64,000 nucleotides of DNA from Candidatus Caldarchaeum sp. (GTDB lineage: Archaea; Thermoproteota; Nitrososphaeria_A; Caldarchaeales; Caldarchaeaceae), in NCBI GenBank assembly GCA_038885755.1, contig JAVZZH010000001.1:352001-416000 (forward strand), given 5' to 3'. Position 1 is the first letter of the stretch; each line of letters starts with the position of its first letter. The notes beneath the pieces were generated by a model. It saw only the letters and a list, made by a program, of their open reading frames with translations. It was not told the origin of the DNA and did not search any database. Position numbers and translations under genes: made by a program. Positions 57,818-64,000 of the stretch are shown piece after piece.

Positions 57818-58085
57818 TCATCACGCCAAGGCCAACGGACTTCTCGACGACGCACCGCCCCCAGCGGCATTAACCCGCCGCCTCGTCCAGCGCAGGTCCG
57901 TCGGCCTGCAAGGGTTCCACCCGCCCATAACGTTCAAATCAGCGGCCCTCCGGCATCCCGGTTCCTTCACCCCTACAAGAAGCAGCCCGGTATTTGCCCT
58001 CACAACAACGTCGCAGCTCCACCCCACTGTTAAAACAGACGAACGGCCGTCTCAGACCAGAAAGTCTTCGCCGATCATCGCCGCT
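57818..58085 (-). ncRNA. Candidate structured non-coding RNA (unassigned)
   Basis: GC-rich with no credible ORF; 11-bp stem 57830-57840/57896-57906 with nested helices. Confidence 0.35.
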
Positions 58086-58160
58086 TGGGCCCGGTGGGAT
58101 TCGAACCCACGGCCACCAGGTTATGAGCCTGGCGCTCTGACCTGGCTGAGCTACGGGCCC
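58086..58160 (-). tRNA. tRNA-Ile2 (CAU anticodon, agmatidine type)
   Basis: Clean cloverleaf GGGCCCG..CCAGG-CTCATAA-CCTGG..TTCGAAT..CGGGCCC-A; the GGGCCC acceptor matches archaeal Ile2 rather than Met. Confidence 0.9.
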
Positions 58161-58262
58161 TGCCGTTCATTGTTTGTGAAGGATGTTTTTATGGGTTTGC
58201 GTTTTAGGTTGTTTGCTGGTTTATCGTTAAATTGTGGACATGTTTTAAACATACGAGTCAAG

Positions 58263-58688
58263 TTGGTTAGGCAAGTTGATTATGCACCTAAACCCATCGA
58301 CCCAGATTTCCTCAAGAAACCCGATGAATACCCTGTGACCGGCACCCACAACGGACATGAGGTAAGGGCTGAGGGGATTACTAGGCTTGACGCGAACGGA
58401 AACCCCTACCCCACCAAGCTTGGGATTCATGGAAAGATAGTGGCGGTGGACTGGGAGGCATGCATCGCCGACGGTATATGCATGGATGTCTGCCCCGTCA
58501 ACGTATTCGAGTGGGCTTTAAACCCGGGAAGGTCTGGCACTGGCAACGACCTTTACCCCCTAGATGGCGAGCTCTACGAAAAATACAGAACAGACAAGTC
58601 CGAGCCCATCAGAGAGGCTGACTGCATCTTCTGCATGGCCTGCGAGGCTTCATGCCCGACAAAAGCGATAAAGATAAACCCGCCGTAA
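58263..58688 (+). CDS. zfx: Zinc-containing dicluster ferredoxin (Thermoplasma/Sulfolobus type)
   Basis: HNGH and LGIHG zinc ligands; CIADGICMDVCP; CIFCMACEASCP; TTG start. Confidence 0.92.
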   Translation: MVRQVDYAPKPIDPDFLKKPDEYPVTGTHNGHEVRAEGITRLDANGNPYPTKLGIHGKIVAVDWEACIADGICMDVCPVNVFEWALNPGRSGTGNDLYPLDGELYEKYRTDKSEPIREADCIFCMACEASCPTKAIKINPP

Positions 58689-58718
58689 AACTTTAACACA
58701 CCCACACCGCTCTATTTT

Positions 58719-59399
58719 ATGAGGTTTTCTATCGCGGGCGAGGTTTCAGCCTTTTTCAAAGGTCTCGGGGTTAGGCTTGCCCTCGTCCAAGAAGTGTCGG
58801 TTGCAGTTGGAGTAGAAGGTCTGGAAGACTACATTTCCGAAGCCGTTTCAAACGTTAGAAAAACCCTCAAGCTCGATGAATTGACGCGACACCCCCTCGT
58901 CAGAGCTTATAGAGACTTTTTCTGGAGAATTGGGGTTGACCCCACCAAGACAAGGCCCTCTGCTGAAGCGTTGCTGAGGCGTGTTTTGCAGGGGAAGAAA
59001 TTCCCGAGAGTAAACACGCTCGTAGATGTCTACAACATTGTTTCGATGAAATACGTCGTTCCAATAGCCGCCTTCGACGCCGACAGGCTTGCCGGCGATT
59101 TGGTCATGCGTTTCGCCCGTAGTGGGGAGAGGTTCCAAGGCATAGGGATGGAGAAGCCTTTAACATTGTCGGGCGGGGAGGTTGTCGTTGAGGATGGTCA
59201 GAAGCTGATAGCGGTTTATCCCTACAGGGATGCTGACAGCTCCAAGGTGACTGAGCGGAGCAGGAATGTGTTGTTGATGGTCTGCGGCGTCCCGGGCGTT
59301 GACATGGAATACCTAAAAAACTGTTCAGACGAGCTGGTTGAAGCGGTTTTAAGCAAGTGCGGAGGTAGGCTGGCTTGGGAGAGCTCTGCCACAACATAA
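58719..59399 (+). CDS. B3/B4 domain protein (PheT-like)
   Basis: AYRDFFWRIGVDPTKTRPSAEALLRR, VNTLVDVYN, YPYRD. Confidence 0.9.
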   Translation: MRFSIAGEVSAFFKGLGVRLALVQEVSVAVGVEGLEDYISEAVSNVRKTLKLDELTRHPLVRAYRDFFWRIGVDPTKTRPSAEALLRRVLQGKKFPRVNTLVDVYNIVSMKYVVPIAAFDADRLAGDLVMRFARSGERFQGIGMEKPLTLSGGEVVVEDGQKLIAVYPYRDADSSKVTERSRNVLLMVCGVPGVDMEYLKNCSDELVEAVLSKCGGRLAWESSATT

Positions 59400-59736
59400 A
59401 ATCATGCACATGAGAAAACGGTGTTCCAGCCGAAAATGAAGCCGTCGTCAGATGGTTGAAAAGTTCTGGGAGTTGTTGGTGTGAAACGACGTTTATGAGA
59501 GGAGGTTTTCAGCGGTTGCCCGCGTAAGTCTCTGGCTGTTGTCAGCTATGCGTAAAGGACGGCTTAGTCGAAATAACGTGATCCACTGGCTGTAGCAACC
59601 TACTAGGAGGGGTTTATAAACGCGAAGTCTACAGAGGCCGTCTGAGAGGTTTTGACGTCGGCTTTATGCGCCGACAATAGCCACCAGCCAAAAACTCCCC
59701 TCATTTCATCCTAAATCATTCTATTCAGATAGTATG

Positions 59737-59810
59737 TGGGGCCGCTGGGATTTGAACCCCGGACCTACCGCGTGCAAGGCGGTCGTTCTTACAGACTGAG
59801 CTACCGGCCC
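59737..59810 (-). tRNA. Degenerate or chimeric tRNA-Ala(UGC), probable pseudo-tRNA
   Basis: Anticodon arm ACCGC-CTTGCAC-GCGGT, but acceptor GGGCCGG/CGGCCCC mispairs, no G3:U70, D-loop lacks GG, and D- and T-stems have mismatches. Confidence 0.75.
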
Positions 59811-59880
59811 AGCAACACAAACAATCCCCACTTTCAATATATATTTACTGACTGTTGTTGGTGAACTAGGCCACTAGGAA

Positions 59881-60010
59881 GACGGCGGTAGTAGAGGTTC
59901 TCAACAATCTCACCGGAGGGGAGAGCCACTAACTTTGCAGGCTCGGACTTGTCTGTCTCCAATCCCCACGCAGGCCTTCTCTATCTCCCCAGCTGTACCA
60001 CCTCTTGTCT
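59881..60010 (-). pseudogene. Remnant of an IS200/IS605 TnpB
   Basis: Frameshifted fragments DKRWY / EKACVGI / AKLVALPSGEIVEN resemble TnpB KWY..VGIDLG..LA.LS.GE.IEN. Confidence 0.4.
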
Positions 60011-60193
60011 AGATAGGCTGTTGTCGACGTGTTATCCATTAACTTTACCGGCGTGTTCTAGATATCTTACCTTACTCTATGCCATGAAAGGGTCGGGATA
60101 CCCATTGCCAGAAACCGTCTATTCTTTGCCGTGGTCGTAAACAATTGTAGATGGAGAAGTGTTCCGCCTAGGAGGCCGTGCAGTGAAGAACAG

Positions 60194-60306
60194 TCAGAAA
60201 AATGACGATACCACACGGGGCTTAGCAACCGAGACCGCCGTCGCATCTATCGCCGCAAGAATTATCCCCAAAAGCAGACCTAGGAGAGTGGCTGAGCACG
60301 CTCCAT
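60194..60306 (-). pseudogene. Fragment of a DHA2/EmrB-type MFS transporter
   Basis: LLGLLLGIILAAIDATAVSVAKPRVV then stop; out of frame with the ATG at 60306. Confidence 0.55.
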
Positions 60307-60912
60307 ATTATAGACTGCTATCGCTCTTATGTGAACAGGTCTGAAGTCGCGTCGGCTACAGGTGACTCGTGAGTTCACACTTGTTATGGAGCTGCCGTTC
60401 CTAGACGACCCAATGGCTAGGCGAGGGACCCTATATTAAGGCTACTTTACTTTGCCCTTCTCCTTGGCCCTTTTCAGATCATCCTGAACGACCGAAGCCG
60501 CCTTAACCAATACTTCTCTACACTGAGAAGCCCCGTCTACTGTACATGTTTCAGAGCCTATGAGAACCTTCAGGTTGATGAGCGCGTTGCCTAAGATGGA
60601 GCGGATGACCTCATACTTTTGCTCTTCTGACCTCCTGCCCGGCCTTTGCATAACACGAGGCGGCAAACCTGCCGTTTAAACGATCACCTCTACAACCTCT
60701 CCTGCATAAAGCCGTTTAATCCCATAATTTACCCTACCTAGCTAGCCCCATGCACCACCAACCTCCGCCAGTTTCAAAATATGGACATGACCAGCAACCT
60801 GTAGATGCGTGTTATCCCGCAGAGTCGGGTGACAGCCTCGATTTCACTGGCACCTCCAGTAGAAATCGAACTTACTCCCTAACGACGATCGGTTAGGTAT
60901 ATGCTTGGCTGT

Positions 60913-61455
60913 CTATGGCTCCACCATGATTACCCCTATCATCCCCCTGTCGGCATGAATGTCGGGATATGTTGCTGCGAATCTCGGACATATGTAGTAA
61001 TAAAGCCCCGGACGGTTTATGACTAGGAGGAAATACGCACTCTCTTGAGGCTTGACCACCAGGTGGTGCATGAGCTTTCCATCTATGAGGAGCGAAGCAG
61101 CCGCGTATCTGTGATGGACCATCTCCAGCCTAGGATCTCTTTCCAGTTCTTCAATGCTGATGCTTGGGGAGTAGAGCTCTGAGGCCACCCTCTTCAACTC
61201 TCTGGTGAATCCGTCCTTGTCGGTGACTACCATGAACTCGTGGGCCACTCCACCTCTATTCTCCAAGAATATCCTAACATTCTCTCCGGCTTTGATTTTC
61301 AGGACAGGCCCACCACTGAAGTTATTATACCCAAACTCCCGCGCAGTCAAAATTATCTCCTGTGGCCGAGAGGATGATAAGATGTAAAACGAGATCATGC
61401 CGACGGCTATGATGACCATGGACAAGCCTACTAGAAGCGGAGTCCGGTACCTCAT
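60913..61455 (-). CDS. Membrane-anchored blue copper protein (cupredoxin/sulfocyanin-like)
   Basis: N-terminal TM; HEF; PGLYYYIC..H..GM type-1 copper ligands. Confidence 0.82.
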   Translation of the reverse strand: MRYRTPLLVGLSMVIIAVGMISFYILSSSRPQEIILTAREFGYNNFSGGPVLKIKAGENVRIFLENRGGVAHEFMVVTDKDGFTRELKRVASELYSPSISIEELERDPRLEMVHHRYAAASLLIDGKLMHHLVVKPQESAYFLLVINRPGLYYYICPRFAATYPDIHADRGMIGVIMVEP

Positions 61456-61591
61456 GAGTGATGGATATTGTAGCCGATTAAATTTAAGCATGAAGAGAGT
61501 TGATTTACATCACTTTTTTTCCGGACGCAGGTTTGAATCGGCTTGACTGATACACAAATGTTATAAATTTGACCCGTCATGATCAAAACGT

Positions 61592-63046
61592 ATGACAAGC
61601 CCACTTTTGCGCAAAGCTCTGCTGCTTACATTCCTCCTAATCTGTCTCATCCCTGCAGTCGCAGCTCATGTTTCAGGACGTGGGTTCATCCTTCTCCTTC
61701 CCACCAACCTCTTCATTGCTGGCGGCGCTCTAGTGGTAGCGGCTTCTTTCGCATTGATGGCGCTCATACCCTTGAAACGAGTTGTGTCGGTGGCGGATTG
61801 GAAGAAGGTTTTGGTGATTAGATCCGGCCATATAGGCCTGTGGGTAAGTGTCGCCTCCCTCCTCGTTTCTGTTTTCTTAATACTTGCAGGGTGGTATGGG
61901 TCAAGAGACCCTCTCCGAAACCCTACACCGATGTTCATCTGGTCAGTCTGGTGGCCTGGGATGACAATAGTCACTGCCCTACTGGGCAATGTGTGGGCCA
62001 TAGCTAACCCATGGTCCGGCGTTTACAACATGCTTGCGAGTAGGGGTAAAGTCTATCCTATCTTGAAGTATCCGGAGAGGCTGGGATATTTTCCGGCAAT
62101 TGCTATCTTCTCTGGATTTGCATGGGTTGAGCTGGTTCATCCATCGCCCGCCGATCCAACGTTCCTATCAAATCTCATCGCAGGCTACCTGATCTACAAC
62201 TTCGTGGGAATCGTGCTGTTTGGGGAACACCAATGGCTCAAGCATTGTGAAGCTTTTTCAGTCTTCTTCAGGATGGTGTCTTGGATATCTTCAGTATCCA
62301 TAGCTGGTACGGACAGGCTCACGGGTGTGGCAGACGGGGAGACTGCAGGTCAACGGTCAAGCGGGATAGTAATCAGTCTTCCCACAGCCCATCTGGTTCG
62401 CGGGCAGGTACTGAGGCTAGACCACACACTATTCATCATCCTATCCCTATCGACAGTATCGTTTGACGGTTTCTCAAGAACTTTCGCTTGGCTTTCTCTA
62501 ATTGGGGTTAATCCTTTGGAATATCCGGGGAGGACAGCGTTGATGCTGGTTAACACTTTGGGGTTGCTGGCCACCTTCGGCGCCATCACAGCCGCCTACG
62601 TGCTGGCCAGCTGGCTGTCAAGAATACTGGTGTTTCAGGATAAGAAAACATGGATGGTTATGGGCATGTTTATTCCTTCAATAGTTCCAATAGCGCTTGG
62701 ATATCATATTGCCCACTACTTCCCGTATGTGGTTGCAGACATTCGAACCGTTTATGCCGCCCTCTCAGACCCCTTCGGACGGGGATGGAATCTCTTTAAT
62801 GTCTCTGACGTGCCCTCTGTCCCATCTTTCCTCAAAGACCCCTACCAGCTATACTATGTCTACTATATCCAGGTAGGCCTGATAGTATTGGTTCACATAT
62901 TGGCGGTATACATCGCACATGTCATAGCGCTGCGGGAGGTGAAGACCATACGCCATGCCATGCTGAGCCAGGCACCGCTGACGTTGTTGATGGTGGGCTA
63001 CACAATGTTTGGTCTGTGGCTGTTGTCATCGCCTTCTGTGGATTAG
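61592..63046 (+). CDS. Polytopic membrane protein of unknown function with conserved-looking His residues
   Basis: Signal peptide ending AVAA-H; about 10 TM helices; YHIAHY and VHILAVYIAH. Confidence 0.8.
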   Translation: MTSPLLRKALLLTFLLICLIPAVAAHVSGRGFILLLPTNLFIAGGALVVAASFALMALIPLKRVVSVADWKKVLVIRSGHIGLWVSVASLLVSVFLILAGWYGSRDPLRNPTPMFIWSVWWPGMTIVTALLGNVWAIANPWSGVYNMLASRGKVYPILKYPERLGYFPAIAIFSGFAWVELVHPSPADPTFLSNLIAGYLIYNFVGIVLFGEHQWLKHCEAFSVFFRMVSWISSVSIAGTDRLTGVADGETAGQRSSGIVISLPTAHLVRGQVLRLDHTLFIILSLSTVSFDGFSRTFAWLSLIGVNPLEYPGRTALMLVNTLGLLATFGAITAAYVLASWLSRILVFQDKKTWMVMGMFIPSIVPIALGYHIAHYFPYVVADIRTVYAALSDPFGRGWNLFNVSDVPSVPSFLKDPYQLYYVYYIQVGLIVLVHILAVYIAHVIALREVKTIRHAMLSQAPLTLLMVGYTMFGLWLLSSPSVD

Positions 63047-63128
63047 CTTTCCCGACGATGGTGATTACCCAACTATCTGATGGCTGGTTGCTCTAAACAC
63101 CAGCATGTATTGGTGTTATTCATCATTT

Positions 63129-63150
63129 CTAAAAATTTACTAAAAATTTA
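63129..63150 (+). promoter_or_regulatory. Tandem 11-bp repeat CTAAAAATTTA overlapping BRE/TATA
   Basis: Copies at 63129-63139 and 63140-63150; TTTATAA lies about 25 nt before ATG 63176. Confidence 0.5.
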
Positions 63151-63175
63151 TAAGGGACAAGTATCCCCATGAAAC

Positions 63176-64000
63176 ATGTCCATTAGGAATATTACTAGGA
63201 GAAACGCTATAAAGGCTATCTCAACTTCGGCAGCAGCTGGTATCGCTGTAGGTGTTGGTGTTATAGGTGGAGTGGGTGGATATCTCCTAGGCTCCTCTAG
63301 TGCGAGGCCTGGTGCCACCGTTACACAGACAGTAGGCGGAGCCACAGAAACACGGACTCTGCCAGGTGCGACCGTAACCCAGACCGTCACAGCCCCCGCT
63401 TCCACAGCGACCGTCACCAAGACCGTGGGCGGCCCGTCTAAAGAACCGTTAAAGATAGGCTTCGAAGCCCATAGAACCGGTATTGGAGCAGTATACGGTG
63501 CGTGGTATGAGAGGACAACCAAGGCTGCTGTTGCCCTCATAAATGAGATGGGTGGGATAGACGGAAGGCCCATCGAGCTGGTTATCGAGGACGATGGAAC
63601 AGACCCGCAGAGGGGCGTCCAAGCAGTAGAGAAGCTGGTGCTTGAACACAAGGTGGACTTTATCATAGGAGCACTCTTCTCCAACGTTGTGCTGGCAGCC
63701 GCACCACGTGCAGGTGAGCTGAAGAAGCCCTACTTCGCCGTCAGCGAGGGCTACCACGTCCCATCGGGAGGACTCAACAGATACAGCTTCCAACCAGGCA
63801 TCACGGATGTGAGGTCGCAGGTTACATCAATCGCCGGATGGGTGGTTAACAACCTAGGTAGGAAAATAACGATGATCTATCCAGACTATGCCTTCGGATA
63901 TGACCATAGGGACTGGTTTGGTAGAGCTGCCACAGAAATGGGTGGAACCATCATAGAGAGGATACCCATACCTCCCACCGAGACGTCCTTCACGAAATAT
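63176..64000 (+). CDS. Tat-exported ABC substrate-binding protein (branched-chain amino acid family), 3'-truncated by the window edge
   Basis: Translated by hand because it is missing from the ORF track: MSIRNITRRNAIK (Tat), Thr-rich linker, PLKIG..INEMGGIDGRPIELVIEDDGTDP. Confidence 0.88.
   Translation, partial: MSIRNITRRNAIKAISTSAAAGIAVGVGVIGGVGGYLLGSSSARPGATVTQTVGGATETRTLPGATVTQTVTAPASTATVTKTVGGPSKEPLKIGFEAHRTGIGAVYGAWYERTTKAAVALINEMGGIDGRPIELVIEDDGTDPQRGVQAVEKLVLEHKVDFIIGALFSNVVLAAAPRAGELKKPYFAVSEGYHVPSGGLNRYSFQPGITDVRSQVTSIAGWVVNNLGRKITMIYPDYAFGYDHRDWFGRAATEMGGTIIERIPIPPTETSFTKY

Noticed and set aside
57011-58033. 340-aa plus-strand ORF and the 68-aa ORF at 57821-58027
   Set aside because: The long ORF is antisense to nnrE and runs into a P/R-rich non-coding region; neither has recognisable motifs.
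57818-58085. SRP RNA, RNase P RNA, 5S rRNA, TPP riboswitch or H/ACA RNA
   Set aside because: Diagnostic motifs were not found by eye (SRP helix 8 GGAA..AGCA, RNase P GAGGAA/ACAGAA, intact TPP core, terminal ACA).
58086-58160. tRNA-Met
   Set aside because: The acceptor stem and body match archaeal tRNA-Ile2; no A1-U72 pair or GGG/CCC anticodon stem of an initiator.
58170-58262. N-terminal extension of the ferredoxin
   Set aside because: T-rich promoter region; homology starts at TTG 58263.
63148-63793. Minus-strand ORFs of 178 and 114 aa
   Set aside because: Shadows of the plus-strand ABC binding protein that runs off the window.
1-64000. CRISPR array, rRNA, intein or intact integrase/transposase
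   Set aside because: No regularly spaced repeats, rRNA signatures, intein motifs or intact recombinase ORFs were seen.

Overview
Gene-dense archaeal chromosomal segment. Gene content (HMf histone, thermosome, CdvB/CdvC, CdvA-like coiled coil, crenarchaeal-type splicing endonuclease, zinc ferredoxin) suggests a thermophilic TACK archaeon, probably Aigarchaeota/Caldarchaeales (inference). It holds about 58 CDS, mostly housekeeping: asnA-type synthetase, glmS, gcvPA/PB/T, pstSCAB-phoU, aroC, trmI, adk, glyA, serS. RNA genes are tRNA-Ile2(CAU), a degenerate chimeric tRNA-Ala(UGC) and an unannotated box C/D sRNA. Highlights: (1) a lysine-less LbpA/GcvH-TusA fusion coupled to a rhodanese, downstream of etfB-etfA-fixCX, which is a candidate sulfur-relay system; (2) a hinge-less SMC5/6-like ATPase + kleisin + MAGE/Nse-like KITE operon between an Lhr helicase and Vps4/ESCRT-III; (3) a C/D sRNA whose two guides match 23S H69/H71; (4) an unexplained structured GC-rich region downstream of tRNA-Ile2; (5) the chimeric tRNA bordering a probable island (from about 59.8 kb) with pseudogene debris, a cupredoxin and a Tat-exported ABC binding protein. 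All calls are from motif recognition by eye; no searches were run.
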